A stretch of 64,000 bases of DNA, taken from Acidobacteriota bacterium. Its GTDB lineage: Bacteria; Acidobacteriota; Vicinamibacteria; Vicinamibacterales; UBA2999. The notes below the pieces were generated by a model that did not search any database, was not told where the DNA came from, and saw only the letters and a program-made list of their open reading frames with translations. Of this stretch, positions 9,301-18,543 are shown one piece after another. The translations under genes were made by a program, and so were the position numbers. How positions within the stretch are numbered: position 1 is the stretch's first letter; the number at the start of each line of letters is the position of its first letter. The stretch is from assembly GCA_021730945.1 (NCBI GenBank), contig JAKFYH010000005.1, positions 34 through 64,033 of the forward strand. The letters run 5' to 3'.

Positions 9301-10798
9301 TCGCGGTGCGCGTGCGCTCCTCGAGAGGGATGAACCGCACGAATCGCGACGACAGCATCGGATCAAGGGTGAACGCCACCAGGAGCGAGATCGACACGGC
9401 GAAGGCGATGGTCAGCGCGAACGACTTGAAGAACTGGCCGACCAGACCGGTCATGAAACCGACCGGCAGGAACACCGCCAGGATGGTGAACGTGGTGGCC
9501 ATCACCGCCAGGCCGATTTCCGACGTCCCGCGGCGCGCCGCCGTCATCGGGTCCTCACCCTGTTCCATGTGGCGGTAGATGTTCTCGCGCACCACCACCG
9601 CATCGTCGATCAGGATGCCGATGACCAGCGACAGCGCCATCAGCGTCATCATGTTGATGGTGAAGCCGACGATATACATGAAGAAGAACGTTGCGATCAC
9701 CGAGGTGGGCAGCGCCAGGGCGGTGATCAGCGTCGAGCGCCAGTCGCGCATGAACACGAAGATGACCAGCACCGCCATGATGCCGCCGAAGATGATGTGG
9801 CCGCGGACGTCGCTGACGTTCTCCCTGATCGCCTCGGCGTCGGTGTGGACCGCCTTGATTTCCAGAGCCGGGAAGCCGGGCGCCGCCTTGGCCAGGGCCG
9901 CGTCGATCTTGTCCTGCACGTCGACGGTGTTGGCGCCGGACTGCTTGCGCACCGAGAACGACACCGCGTCGGCGCCGTCCAGCCGGGTGGTGGACAGGCG
10001 ATCCTCATAGCCGTCGACGACGGTGCCGACGTCCTTCACGCGGACAGTGGAGCCGCCGGCGGAACGGAGGATGACGTTTTCGATTTCGGCGGCCGATTGA
10101 TATTGCCCCTGCGTCCTGAGCGACACGGCCTTGCCATCGCGCCTGATCTGGCCCCCCGGCACATCGAGGTTGTCGGCCGCCAGCTTGGCCGCGACCTCGC
10201 TGAGCGGCAGGTTCAAGGCCTCCAGCCGGCGCGGGTCGAGATCCACGTGCAGTTCGCGCACTTCGCCGCCGTTCACCTCGACGGCGGCGACGCCGTCGAT
10301 CTGCCCGAGCAGCGGCTTCAGGTCGTCCTCCACCATGCGGCGAGTGACGTCCGACGACAGGTGTGATCCAACCGCGTAGGTGGCAATCGGCAGCGCGGCG
10401 ACGTCAAATCGCTGAATCGTCGGATCCTTGATCTGCTCGGGCAGGCGCTCGCGGATGGCCGCCACCTTCTCGCGCACCTCGGCCGTCGCCGCCTGCGGAT
10501 CGACTTCGAGACGCAGTTCGACGCCGACCCGTGAGAAGCCCTCGGTCGAGGTCGAGATCACCCGTTTCACGCCGGCGATGCCGGCCACCGCATCCTCGAT
10601 CGGTCGGGTGACGAGCGTCTCGACTTCTTCCGGCCCGGCGCCGGGGTAGACGACCGAGACGTTGACGAACGGAAAGTTGACCTCGGGGAAGAGGTCGATG
10701 CCCAGGCGCGTCATCGAGACGGCGCCGAGCACCATGAAGCTCAGGATGACCATCGTCGCGAAGACGGGTCGTTTGATGGAGGTGTCAGATATCCACAT
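6365..10798 (-). CDS. RND (AcrB/HAE1-like) efflux transporter fused in frame to a TolC-family outer-membrane factor
   Basis: 1477 aa with no stop. Residues 1 to ~1020 are RND-like ([17 protein letters not shown]...). The seam encodes the signal-peptide-like [26 protein letters not shown] (nt ~7723-7640). The last ~420 aa are TolC-like. Confidence 0.85.
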   Translation of the reverse strand: MWISDTSIKRPVFATMVILSFMVLGAVSMTRLGIDLFPEVNFPFVNVSVVYPGAGPEEVETLVTRPIEDAVAGIAGVKRVISTSTEGFSRVGVELRLEVDPQAATAEVREKVAAIRERLPEQIKDPTIQRFDVAALPIATYAVGSHLSSDVTRRMVEDDLKPLLGQIDGVAAVEVNGGEVRELHVDLDPRRLEALNLPLSEVAAKLAADNLDVPGGQIRRDGKAVSLRTQGQYQSAAEIENVILRSAGGSTVRVKDVGTVVDGYEDRLSTTRLDGADAVSFSVRKQSGANTVDVQDKIDAALAKAAPGFPALEIKAVHTDAEAIRENVSDVRGHIIFGGIMAVLVIFVFMRDWRSTLITALALPTSVIATFFFMYIVGFTINMMTLMALSLVIGILIDDAVVVRENIYRHMEQGEDPMTAARRGTSEIGLAVMATTFTILAVFLPVGFMTGLVGQFFKSFALTIAFAVSISLLVAFTLDPMLSSRFVRFIPLEERTRTATGRFLERWGHFYDRIDQRYHRLLGWAIEHPWKIVATATVVFFASMSTLTIIGTEFVPVEDRGEFMVNVEVPPGTSFERTVDYVADVERTVAAMPEVRQIFSTVGVEGNPLKAALRVKAGKKHERERGLLALKADMRTRLAAIPMLKMTVADPEFMQGAPAEAPLNVFVRGDDMAELQRLNEEIVAKVKAVPGAVDVDSSLESGQPEMAARVNRELAADMGFDVASIAMQLRGMVEGVVPTRLREDDKEYDIRVRLAPAFRNDFAAIARTPLYAPTGAVVRTRDVVSLEPEIGPTSIDREQRVRQAKIGIELADRPLGDVTNDVAKVMAGIPMPPGFEWGFAGDVEMMQESAEAMGLALLLAIAFIYIVLASQFESFLEPFLIMISLPLALVGALLAILLTGKNLGMPAMIGVVMLMGLVTKNAILLVDLTNQYVREGMAVKDAILKAGPIRLRPILMTTIAMILGMLPSAMGSGEGSDFRSPISIATIGGLITSTLLTLVVVPVAYLLLARIVERVKAWRTQPATGVPHAVRVAGVVLMVAIMGWLLSTTTAFAQEATPASSGVITLSFTQARERALTANEGLKIAGEKVVETEARVQEAKTAFLPQVNLGFSYLPSQRFPVIRIPAGVFGPEEQTFQAAFSRENSLQINIHQPIYTGGRLNHAYGITTASLDATKLELDRTRQEIEYRVVETFYAALMNERGVSVADEQVRLTARQLELAKTRFDAGTVARLDVLQAEVELANARARRIQARAQVDISLQALRGVLSMPQTQALKLEGSLDEPVINQTRLVLDSELPRRPDLQAFAARRQAAEYASNLAHSEWKPSLGFTGNMQYQQDGLNNFLSRDNQSYTFGLSLSVPLLAAPGAAARRSVAQSQARQADHGLRYATENARLELESAWTALESSAEVVATQEKALELARESVSIAQVSYENGVITSAELNDAQVRLLQTEWLLMQAKYARITAAARAKVAAGVSS

Positions 10799-10810
10799 TG
10801 GATTCAGCTC

Positions 10811-11962
10811 CTAGCGGCTCGCGACGGCGCGGACCTTCGCTCCCTCCGGGAGCGGACGCCGCGCGTCGGCCATGATCGTGTCGCCGGCGGCCAGGCCGCT
10901 GACAATCTGGATGCGGGTGCCGTCCGACAGGCCTTCGGTGACCGCGACAGCCGTCACCGTGTCGCCGAGGATCTTCCGGACGATGCGCTTGCCATCCCGG
11001 GTCATCACGGCTTCCCTGGGTACCAACACGGCGTCGGAGACAGTGGCCTCGATGATTCGCGCCGTCGCATACATTCCAGACAGCAGCGCGCGGTTGGGGT
11101 TGGGCACACGCACGTCTATCTGGAAGTGACGGTTGCGTTCGTCGACTTCAGGAGCGATGGCCGCCAGTTGCCCGGCAAACGCCTGCCCCGGCTTGGCTTG
11201 GACCGCGACCACGGCCTTGAGGCCCACGCGCATCCGCCCGGCCTCAAGTTCCGACACACCGGCTTCAAGCTTCATCTGCCGCATGTCGGCGACCACCACC
11301 ACCGGCAGGTCGCCGGGAATGGCGCCGGCGTCGTAGTTGCGTTCCACCACATAGCCGGTGACCGGGGAGGTGAGGGTGGCGTTGCGTTGGACTTCGCGGG
11401 CGCGGCGCAGCGCCGCATCGGCCTGCGCCAGGCTGGCCGCAGCCAGGTCGCGTTGGGCGACGGCCGATCGATGCGCCGTCTGCGCCCCCTCAAGGCGCTG
11501 GCGCGGCAGGGCGCCCTTGTCGAACAGGTTTCTGGCGCGGTCGAACTCGAGCACGGCGTTGGCCAGCCCGGCCTCCGCGGTCTCAAGACCGGCTTTGCCG
11601 ACCGCCACCATGGCGACAGCGGCGTCAGCTTGCGCATCGATCTCGCGGCGGTCGATGGTGGCAATGGGCTGGCCGATGGTGACGGCATCGCCGATGTCGA
11701 CCAGCATCCGGTCAATAGCCCCCGGCAGCTTGGGCTTGACGCCGACCCGGCTGAGCGGCGTCAGCGTGCCGGAGATCTCCAACGCCGACTCGATCGAACC
11801 GGTGGTGGCGACCACGGTGGTCACATCTACGACGGCCGGTGCCAGCGCCGTGGATTCGGGAGCCGCTTCGGTGGTGGTTGAGGCGCCGCAACCGGCGACC
11901 AATCCGGCGCCCAGCAAGACGACGGCAACAACGAGACGGGCGTGGGGCACACTACGATTCAT
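10811..11962 (-). CDS. RND efflux periplasmic adaptor (MFP/HlyD family) lipoprotein
   Basis: From ATG 11962: MNRSVPHARLVVAVVLLGAGLVAGCGAS with lipobox LVAGC, followed by barrel-sandwich/coiled-coil-like sequence. Lies directly upstream of the RND gene. Confidence 0.85.
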   Translation of the reverse strand: MNRSVPHARLVVAVVLLGAGLVAGCGASTTTEAAPESTALAPAVVDVTTVVATTGSIESALEISGTLTPLSRVGVKPKLPGAIDRMLVDIGDAVTIGQPIATIDRREIDAQADAAVAMVAVGKAGLETAEAGLANAVLEFDRARNLFDKGALPRQRLEGAQTAHRSAVAQRDLAAASLAQADAALRRAREVQRNATLTSPVTGYVVERNYDAGAIPGDLPVVVVADMRQMKLEAGVSELEAGRMRVGLKAVVAVQAKPGQAFAGQLAAIAPEVDERNRHFQIDVRVPNPNRALLSGMYATARIIEATVSDAVLVPREAVMTRDGKRIVRKILGDTVTAVAVTEGLSDGTRIQIVSGLAAGDTIMADARRPLPEGAKVRAVASR

Positions 11963-12647
11963 GGCGGGTCGCTCCAGCGGGCACCCGGGCGCCCGCGATT
12001 CCTTCTTCTGCACACTTGCACGACACAAAACTGGTCTCGACGCCGGACTGGAGTCCGGCGATGGTGACATTCAAGACGTCGCGCGCCAGCGCGTCGTAGT
12101 CTTCGCCCGAGGCCAGGCGGTGGCGGATGCCGACCACGGCCGGGCCGATCAGGCCCGCCCACAACATGTGCATGGCGGCGTCAGGGCTGAGAGACTTGGG
12201 AAACGCACCCGCATCGATGGCCCGCTGGATGGCGGCCACCGCATTGGCGAGCAGTTGCTGCAGGAACTCGAAGCCGTCCCACTGCTGGGTGATCCGGGGC
12301 ACCGAGCGGTCCACGAACATCAACAGGAAGTATTCCGGTTGCTCCTTGGAGAACTCGTAGAAAGCCCACCAGCACGCACGGACGTTCTCGAGCGCGTCGC
12401 CGGACTTCATGGCGGCGTGCACTTTGGCGTCGAGGCGATGGAAGCCCTCCTTCGCCAAGGCGAGGAAGATGTCGTCCTTGCTGGGGTAGTAGCTGTAGAT
12501 GGCCGCCGGGCTGTACTCGATGCGTTCAGCGATCTTGCGAATGGAAACGCTGGGGTAGCCCTCGGCGAGGAACAACTCGCGGGCGGCATCGAGAATGGAG
12601 TCGGTAACGGCCTGTCGTTCGCGGTCCTGGCGTTCTCTTGTACCCAT
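11952..12647 (-). CDS. TetR/AcrR-family transcriptional regulator
   Basis: N-terminal HTH: ILDAARELFLAEGYPSVSIRKIAERIEYSPAAIYSYYPSKDDIF. Overlaps the MFP start by 11 nt. Confidence 0.9.
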   Translation of the reverse strand: MGTRERQDRERQAVTDSILDAARELFLAEGYPSVSIRKIAERIEYSPAAIYSYYPSKDDIFLALAKEGFHRLDAKVHAAMKSGDALENVRACWWAFYEFSKEQPEYFLLMFVDRSVPRITQQWDGFEFLQQLLANAVAAIQRAIDAGAFPKSLSPDAAMHMLWAGLIGPAVVGIRHRLASGEDYDALARDVLNVTIAGLQSGVETSFVSCKCAEEGIAGARVPAGATRHES

Positions 12648-12651
12648 AAAT

Positions 12652-12677
12652 ATGTACAGTAATATGAACAGTGTTCA
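12652..12677. promoter_or_regulatory. Candidate TetR operator (TGTACA half-site plus perfect palindrome TGAACAgTGTTCA)
   Basis: 13-nt perfect palindrome at 12665-12677, 18 nt upstream of the tetR ATG, in the only AT-rich intergenic stretch of this locus. TGTACA at 12653-12658. Confidence 0.5.
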
Positions 12678-12756
12678 GTCTTCAAATGGTGTTAGACGTG
12701 GCGGGTCTTTGGCAAGTTCCAAATTTCACAAAAGTCCTGAAATCGTGTAGATTTCG

Positions 12757-13143
12757 ATGCAATTGGCCAGTTTTGCAGGATTTTTGACGGCTTTCGCCTA
12801 CACCGCCGGTGCGGTGGTCTGCCACCAGTTACCGGAACGGTCATTCGCCTTAGCAGGCAGGCAATGGCCCGTCTGTGCGCGGTGCTCGGGGTTGTACCTC
12901 GGAGCCATCGTGGGGCTGGCTGCCTGGCTCATGGTGCGGCGATCGCTCGGCCCGGTCGGACTCGCGCCGCGGCACGTGATGCGCGTGTTGGCGGTCATCA
13001 CCGCGCCGACTGCCATCTCGTGGGCCACCGGAGTCCTCGGCTGGTGGGACGGCACCAACGCGATTCGCGCGGTGCTTGCGTTGCCCCTCGGCATCACGGT
13101 TGGCGCCATCGTCGCGGCGGTCGCGACAAAAGACCTGAGGTAA
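12757..13143 (+). CDS. DUF2085-like membrane protein
   Basis: CHQLPERSF ... CARCSGLY motifs and 4 predicted TM segments. Confidence 0.7.
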   Translation: MQLASFAGFLTAFAYTAGAVVCHQLPERSFALAGRQWPVCARCSGLYLGAIVGLAAWLMVRRSLGPVGLAPRHVMRVLAVITAPTAISWATGVLGWWDGTNAIRAVLALPLGITVGAIVAAVATKDLR

Positions 13144-13153
13144 ACTCGCTGTC

Positions 13154-13513
13154 GTGCCGCCAGCTGTCCTGTGTGTCTTGTCGTGGCTGGTGCCCGGCGC
13201 CGGCCACCTTTTGCAGGGACGCCGGCAGAAGGGCCTGATCTTCCTGGTCGCCCTGCCGGCCATGTTCGCGGTTGGGCTGTCGCTTAGTGGCCGCCTGTTC
13301 CCGTTCATTCTTTCGGATCCGCTCGTCGGCCTGGCTGCGGTTGCCAACCTGGGCATGGGCTTGCCCTACGGGATTGCCTCGATGCTGGACCTCGGCCAGG
13401 GCGTGGTCACGGCCTCGTCCTATGAGTATGGCAACGCGTTCTTGATCGTGGCGGGTCTGCTCAACACGCTGGTGGTGATTGACGCCTACGACGTCCGATT
13501 GGGGCGCAAGTAA
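13154..13513 (+). CDS. Small multi-pass membrane protein, unknown function
   Basis: GTG start; LSWLVPGAGHLLQGRRQKG followed by hydrophobic helices. Confidence 0.6.
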   Translation: MPPAVLCVLSWLVPGAGHLLQGRRQKGLIFLVALPAMFAVGLSLSGRLFPFILSDPLVGLAAVANLGMGLPYGIASMLDLGQGVVTASSYEYGNAFLIVAGLLNTLVVIDAYDVRLGRK

Positions 13514-13686
13514 TGACGAGCCACTTCGGCCTGCTCATTCTGTTTGCGGCGTTCGTGTCGTTGATCTTCGCGACGATCGCCAAGGACACCCCGAAGGAGC
13601 AGGCCAAGCTCGGCTTCTCTCTGCTGGGAAGTTTTCTTGGGTCGGCCATCGTCCTGGGCTGGCTCATGCGCCTGCTGCCGCTTTGA
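13513..13686 (+). CDS. 57-aa two-TM membrane peptide (below the ORF-track length cutoff)
   Basis: ATG 13513 overlaps the upstream TAA (TAATG). Translation is MTSHFGLLILFAAFVSLIFATIAKDTPKEQAKLGFSLLGSFLGSAIVLGWLMRLLPL. Its TGA overlaps the TTG of the next gene (TTGA). Confidence 0.5.
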   Translation: MTSHFGLLILFAAFVSLIFATIAKDTPKEQAKLGFSLLGSFLGSAIVLGWLMRLLPL

Positions 13687-14057
13687 TCCAGCTCTGGGCG
13701 CCGGTCGCCCTCTACATGGCGGCCATTTTCTACGGCTCGCTTATGCCCACCGTCCCCCAACCGATCGAGTCGGTGTTCACCGACACCTGGCTGCATGCCG
13801 GCGGCTACTTTCTGCTCGGCCTGCTCACCTTGCGCGCGACGGCGGGCGCACGGTGGCTCGGCGTGACGGGTGGCGCGCTACTGGGCGCCTGGTGCGTGTC
13901 GGTCCTGCACGGGGCCGCCGTGGAGTGGATGCAGATGTATGTGCCGACCCGCATGGCCGAGTGGCGCGATTTGCGCAACGACGCCATCGGCGCCGGGCTG
14001 GCCCTGGTGGCGGCGTGGGCGTGGGGTATCATGAGGGGTACGTCGCGGGCCGGCTGA
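13683..14057 (+). CDS. VanZ-like membrane protein
   Basis: DTWLHAGGYFLLG ... EWMQMYVPTRMAEWRDLRNDAIGAGLA. TTG 13683 is chosen because the upstream part of the track ORF is non-hydrophobic and overlaps the 57-aa ORF. Confidence 0.65.
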   Translation: MIQLWAPVALYMAAIFYGSLMPTVPQPIESVFTDTWLHAGGYFLLGLLTLRATAGARWLGVTGGALLGAWCVSVLHGAAVEWMQMYVPTRMAEWRDLRNDAIGAGLALVAAWAWGIMRGTSRAG

Positions 14058-14078
14058 CGCCCGCGTACAGGGCCAGCC

Positions 14079-14861
14079 ATGACCTTTGACAACCTCCTGA
14101 TCGAACGTGACGGCGCCGTCGCCGTCGTAACCCTCAACCGGCCCAAAGTCCTCAACGCCCTGAACAACCAGACCCTGCTGGAACTGGCGGCGTGCATGGC
14201 CGGCCTCCAGGCCGATGCCGAGGTCCGGGCCATCATCCTGACCGGTGCGGGTGACAAATCCTTTGTGGCGGGTGCCGACATCAACGAACTGGCTGCGCTG
14301 TCGCCGGTCGAAGGCCAGGCACACGCGCGCCGTGGGCAACTGGTGTTCGACGCCATTGAGCAGCTCGGCAAGCCGGTGATCGCCGCCGTCAATGGCTTCG
14401 CGCTGGGCGGCGGTTGCGAGCTGGCCATGGCGTGCACCATGCGACTGGCAGCTGAGACCGCGCGCTTCGGCCAGCCCGAGATCAACCTGGGCTTGTTGCC
14501 GGGCTATGCCGGCAGCCAGCGCCTGCCGCGACTGGTGGGGAAGGGCGTGGCCCTGGAGATCCTGCTGACCGGCGATATGGTCAGCGCGCCGCGCGCCTAC
14601 GAGATTGGCCTGGTCAATCGCGTGGTGCCGGCGGCCGACCTGATGGCCGAAGCCATGAAGATGGCGCAGGCGCTGGCGGCCAAGGCGCCAATCGCCGTGC
14701 GATTCATCATCGAAGCGGTGAACCAGGGGCTCGATGCACCCTTTGCCGTTGGCGAGGTGCTCGAAACCAGTTTGTTCGGCACCATCGCTTCGTCGGACGA
14801 CATGCGCGAAGGCACCACGGCTTTCCTCCAGAAGCGCAAGGCCGTCTGGCAAGGCAAGTAA
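14079..14861 (+). CDS. Enoyl-CoA hydratase (crotonase family)
   Basis: VVTLNRPKVLNAL...FVAGADI...GFALGGGCELAMAC. Confidence 0.9.
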   Translation: MTFDNLLIERDGAVAVVTLNRPKVLNALNNQTLLELAACMAGLQADAEVRAIILTGAGDKSFVAGADINELAALSPVEGQAHARRGQLVFDAIEQLGKPVIAAVNGFALGGGCELAMACTMRLAAETARFGQPEINLGLLPGYAGSQRLPRLVGKGVALEILLTGDMVSAPRAYEIGLVNRVVPAADLMAEAMKMAQALAAKAPIAVRFIIEAVNQGLDAPFAVGEVLETSLFGTIASSDDMREGTTAFLQKRKAVWQGK

Positions 14862-15301
14862 TGCGCGTCGCCATCGTCGTCGCTCGCTTCAACGATTTCA
14901 TAACCGAGCGCCTGCTGGAAGGTGCGATGGCGGCGCTTGCCGACGAGGGTGTCGGCGCTGATGCGGTGGACGTGCTGCGGGTGCCTGGCGCCTTTGAGAT
15001 TCCGATGGCGGCGCAACGAGTGGCCGAGACCGGCCAGGTGGCGGCGGTGATCTGCCTGGGGTGCCTGATTCGCGGCGGCACGCCACATTTCGAATACATC
15101 GCCTCGGCCTGCGCGCACGGCATCACGGCGGCGGCTTCGGCCACCGGTGTGCCGATGGCGTTTGGCGTGCTGACCACCAACTCCGCGGAAGAGGCACTTG
15201 AGCGGGTGGCGCCCGGGCCGGCGCACAAGGGCCGCGAAGCCGCGGCGGCGGCGCTCGAAATGGCGCGGCTGTTTGCCGGCCTCGGGGACGGCCGTTCATG
15301 A
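14861..15301 (+). CDS. ribH: 6,7-dimethyl-8-ribityllumazine synthase
   Basis: MRVAIVVARFNDFITERLLEGA...VLRVPGAFEIP...HFEY. TAATG overlap with the upstream gene. Confidence 0.92.
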   Translation: MRVAIVVARFNDFITERLLEGAMAALADEGVGADAVDVLRVPGAFEIPMAAQRVAETGQVAAVICLGCLIRGGTPHFEYIASACAHGITAAASATGVPMAFGVLTTNSAEEALERVAPGPAHKGREAAAAALEMARLFAGLGDGRS

Positions 15302-15771
15302 GCCTCGAGGTACCCGACGCCGGGTCGCGCTGGACCGGCCGCCATCACGCCAGGGCGGCAGCACTCCAGGCTTTGTACCAGTGCGAGCTCGGCGGTCTCA
15401 CGCCGCAGCAGGCCCTGGGCGTGCTGCATCATGCCGGCCCGCCGGACGTGACCGATCCCGGCGAGTCGCAACATGGGTTTGTCGCGGCGCTGGTCAAGGG
15501 CGCCATGGCCAATCGCGACGGGCTCGACGAGCGCATCGGTGATGCGGCCAGGAACTGGCGCGTGGAGCGCATGGCGGTGCTCGATCGGCTGGTGATGCGG
15601 CTGGCCGTCGAAGAGATGATGCGCTTTCGCGAGAGCCCGCCGCGCGTCGTGATCAGTGAAGCCATCGAGCTGGCGCGCGCCTACAGCGGGGAAGAAGCGG
15701 CCAAGTTTGTCAACGGCGTGCTTGACGGCGTGTTTCGCAAGTTGCGGGATGAAGGGCTTGTGGCCGAGTAG
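15298..15771 (+). CDS. nusB: Transcription antitermination factor NusB
   Basis: ribH-nusB synteny; R..A.QALY ... ISEAIELAR..S.....KFVNGVLD. Confidence 0.9.
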   Translation: MSLEVPDAGSRWTGRHHARAAALQALYQCELGGLTPQQALGVLHHAGPPDVTDPGESQHGFVAALVKGAMANRDGLDERIGDAARNWRVERMAVLDRLVMRLAVEEMMRFRESPPRVVISEAIELARAYSGEEAAKFVNGVLDGVFRKLRDEGLVAE

Positions 15772-15776
15772 GGAAC

Positions 15777-17300
15777 ATGAGTAGCGAAGTAGTCCAGACC
15801 GATCAACGCAAGGCCAACCTCGAGGCGATCACCCGCCTTGGGTTTTCCGCCTATCCCAACAAGTTCGACACCACCCACACGGTCAGCCAGTTGGTCGACG
15901 GCTACACGGCATCTCCGGCCGAGGCGCTCGACAATCCCAAGATCGAGACCGTGGCCGCCGGCCGCGTCGTCGGCATTCGCAGTTTCGGCAAGGCGGCGTT
16001 CCTGGTGATCTCCGACGGCCGCTCGCGGCTGCAGGTCTACGTCCGCCAGGATGTCCTCAGCGAGCGCGACTACCAGCTGTCGAAGTTGCTCGACGTGGGC
16101 GATCAAGTCGGCGTCAGCGGCCATTTGTTCCGCACCAAGACCAACGAGCTGTCGATCTGGGCGGGCCACCTGGAGTTCTTGGCCAAGTGCTTCCTGCCGT
16201 TGCCAGAGAAGTGGCACGGCCTGCAGGACGTCGAGACGCGCTACCGGCAGCGCTACCTCGATTTGATCGTCAACCCTGACGTCCGGCGCGTGTTCGAGAT
16301 TCGCACCCGGGCGGTGTCGGCGATCCGTGACTTCCTGACGGCGAGCGGCTTCCTCGAAGTCGAGACGCCGATGATGCAGCCGATCGCGGGCGGCGCCCTG
16401 GCGCGGCCGTTCGTGACGCATCACAACACGCTCGACATGAAGCTCTACCTGCGCATTGCCCCGGAACTCTACCTCAAGCGGCTCACCGTCGGCGGCATCG
16501 AGCGGGTGTTCGAGATCAATCGCAACTTCCGCAACGAAGGCATCTCGACCCAGCACAACCCCGAGTTCACCATGCTCGAGTTCTACTGGGCCTACGTCGA
16601 CTACCTGCGGCTGATGGCGTTCACCGAGGAACTGTTGTCGACCGTGGCGCGTCAGGTGATCGGGACCACGGCATTCCCGTTTGGCGAGCACCAGATTGAC
16701 CTGGCGGCCCCGTTCCGCCGGCTGTCGCTGCGGCACGCGGCGGCCGAGAAGGCCAGTGAGCGGCTTGGCGAACCCGTCACCGTGGAGGATTTGCGGCAGG
16801 CCGAGCGGGCGCGGGCGATCGCGAAGCGGCTGGGCGTCGAGGCGCCGAAGGGTGCGGGCGCCGGCAAGATTGCCAGCAACATCTTCGAAGCGCTGTGGGA
16901 GAAGGACCTGATCCAGCCGACCTTCGTGCACGACTTTCCGACCGAGGTGTCGCCGCTGTCCAAGCAGCGCCCGGATGACCCGGAGACGGTCGAACGTTTC
17001 GAACTCTATATCGGCGGATTCGAAGTCGCCAACGCGTTCAGCGAGCTGAACGATCCCTACGAACAGCGCCGCCGATTCGAGGCCCAACTGGGCGACCGGG
17101 CGGCCGGCGACCAGGAGGCGCATGCCATGGACGACGACTATGTGCGGGCGCTTGAGTACGGCATGCCGCCGGCCGGCGGCGAGGGGATTGGCATCGACCG
17201 CCTGGTGATGCTGCTCTCGAACTCCTCGTCGATTCGCGACGTGATTCTGTTCCCGCTGATGCGGCCGCGCGCCGAAGAACCGGCGAAGGCCGAAGGCTGA
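15777..17300 (+). CDS. lysS: Lysine--tRNA ligase (class II)
   Basis: N-terminal OB fold ([21 protein letters not shown]), [33 protein letters not shown]. Confidence 0.95.
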   Translation: MSSEVVQTDQRKANLEAITRLGFSAYPNKFDTTHTVSQLVDGYTASPAEALDNPKIETVAAGRVVGIRSFGKAAFLVISDGRSRLQVYVRQDVLSERDYQLSKLLDVGDQVGVSGHLFRTKTNELSIWAGHLEFLAKCFLPLPEKWHGLQDVETRYRQRYLDLIVNPDVRRVFEIRTRAVSAIRDFLTASGFLEVETPMMQPIAGGALARPFVTHHNTLDMKLYLRIAPELYLKRLTVGGIERVFEINRNFRNEGISTQHNPEFTMLEFYWAYVDYLRLMAFTEELLSTVARQVIGTTAFPFGEHQIDLAAPFRRLSLRHAAAEKASERLGEPVTVEDLRQAERARAIAKRLGVEAPKGAGAGKIASNIFEALWEKDLIQPTFVHDFPTEVSPLSKQRPDDPETVERFELYIGGFEVANAFSELNDPYEQRRRFEAQLGDRAAGDQEAHAMDDDYVRALEYGMPPAGGEGIGIDRLVMLLSNSSSIRDVILFPLMRPRAEEPAKAEG

Positions 17301-17319
17301 AGGCTGTAGGCTAAGAGGC
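17284..17319. repeat. Five tandem 7-8-mers spanning the lysS stop and the spacer up to the lolC/E ATG
   Basis: cgaaggc cgaaggc tgaaggc tgtaggc taagaggc, then ATG at 17320. Confidence 0.8.
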
Positions 17320-18543
17320 ATGCCGTTTGAACTCCAGGTCGCGCTGCGCTACTTGCTGGCCAAGCGCCGCCAGGTGTTCATCTCCGTCATTTCACTGGTC
17401 TCCACCGTGGGCGTCACGGTCGGGGTGATGGCGCTGGTCATTGCCCTGGCGCTCATGACCGGGTTGCAGCAGGAACTGCAGGCGCGCATTCTCGGCTCGT
17501 CGGCGCACGTCTTCGTGTGGAAGCCGGCCGGCATTACCGACTACCACGCCGAGGTGGCGAAGCTTCGCGCGGTGCCCGGCGTGATCGGGGCTGCCCCGGC
17601 CGTCGAAGGCAAGGCGATGATCACCAGCGCAGGCGGCGAGGGCTTTGTCCAGGTCAAGGGCATCGATCCGCTGCTTGAAGGGTCGGTCACCGACATCGGC
17701 CGGGTCCTGACCGATGGCTCGCTCACCAACCTGACGCCGCCGACTGACGACGAGTTTCCGGGCATCGTGCTCGGGAAAGATCTGTCCGGCTCGATTGGCG
17801 CCATGGTGGGCGACACGGTCACCTTGCTGACGCCGCGCGGCACCCTGTCGCCGATGGGCGTGATGCCGCGGCAGCGGCGCTTCAAGGTGGTCGGCACGTT
17901 CCGCATGGGACTTTACGAGGTCGACAACGGCACCGGGCTGGTGTCGCTGGAGTCCGGGATGCGGCTGGCTGGTAGTGACCAGGTCGACCGGATCGAGCTG
18001 AAGGTGGCCGACGTCTATGCCGCGCCGCGGATCGCGGACCAGATTGCCGCCGACTTCGGCACTGAGTACGTGACGTCGGATTGGAGCGATCTGAACCAGC
18101 AGCTCTACTCAGCGCTGCTGCTCGAGAAGATCGGCATGGGCATTGGCATCGGCCTGATCGTCATGGTCGCGGCGCTGAACATCGTCGCGTCGTTAATCCT
18201 GCTGGTGATGGAGAAGACGCGCGACATTGCCATCCTCAAGACCATGGGCGCCTCGGCGCGCAGTATCACGGTGATCTTCCTGCTCCAGGGAACCATCATC
18301 GGCGTGGTCGGGACCCTGGTCGGCGCCACGCTCGGGACGCTGACCGCCTTGGTGCTCGACCGCTATCGCCTGATCACGATTCCGAGTGATGTCTACCAGG
18401 TCAGTTACCTGCCGTTCAAGCTGCTGCCTGGAGACCTGGTGGCCGTGGTGGCGGTGGCGATTGTGATTTGTTTTGTCGCTACCTTGTACCCGTCGCGCCA
18501 GGCGGCGCGCCTCGATCCGGCGCAGGCGTTGCGATATGAGTAG
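17320..18543 (+). CDS. Lipoprotein-releasing system permease (LolC/LolE, FtsX-like)
   Basis: MPFELQVALRYLLAKRRQ..., a periplasmic MacB-like domain, and a C-terminal FtsX 3-TM region ending YPSRQAARLDPAQALRYE. Confidence 0.88.
   Translation: MPFELQVALRYLLAKRRQVFISVISLVSTVGVTVGVMALVIALALMTGLQQELQARILGSSAHVFVWKPAGITDYHAEVAKLRAVPGVIGAAPAVEGKAMITSAGGEGFVQVKGIDPLLEGSVTDIGRVLTDGSLTNLTPPTDDEFPGIVLGKDLSGSIGAMVGDTVTLLTPRGTLSPMGVMPRQRRFKVVGTFRMGLYEVDNGTGLVSLESGMRLAGSDQVDRIELKVADVYAAPRIADQIAADFGTEYVTSDWSDLNQQLYSALLLEKIGMGIGIGLIVMVAALNIVASLILLVMEKTRDIAILKTMGASARSITVIFLLQGTIIGVVGTLVGATLGTLTALVLDRYRLITIPSDVYQVSYLPFKLLPGDLVAVVAVAIVICFVATLYPSRQAARLDPAQALRYE

Noticed and set aside
8006-10366. 786-aa plus-strand ORF antisense to the RND gene. 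Similar long antisense ORFs occur at 20143-22296, 15681-17321, 41216-42655, 24158-25333, 57902-59056, 46208-47566, 59384-60397 and 62331-63107.
   Set aside because: These are shadow ORFs typical of high-GC DNA. Their translations are Arg/Gly/His/Asp-rich low-complexity sequence without motifs, whereas the opposite strand encodes well-recognised proteins with family signatures.
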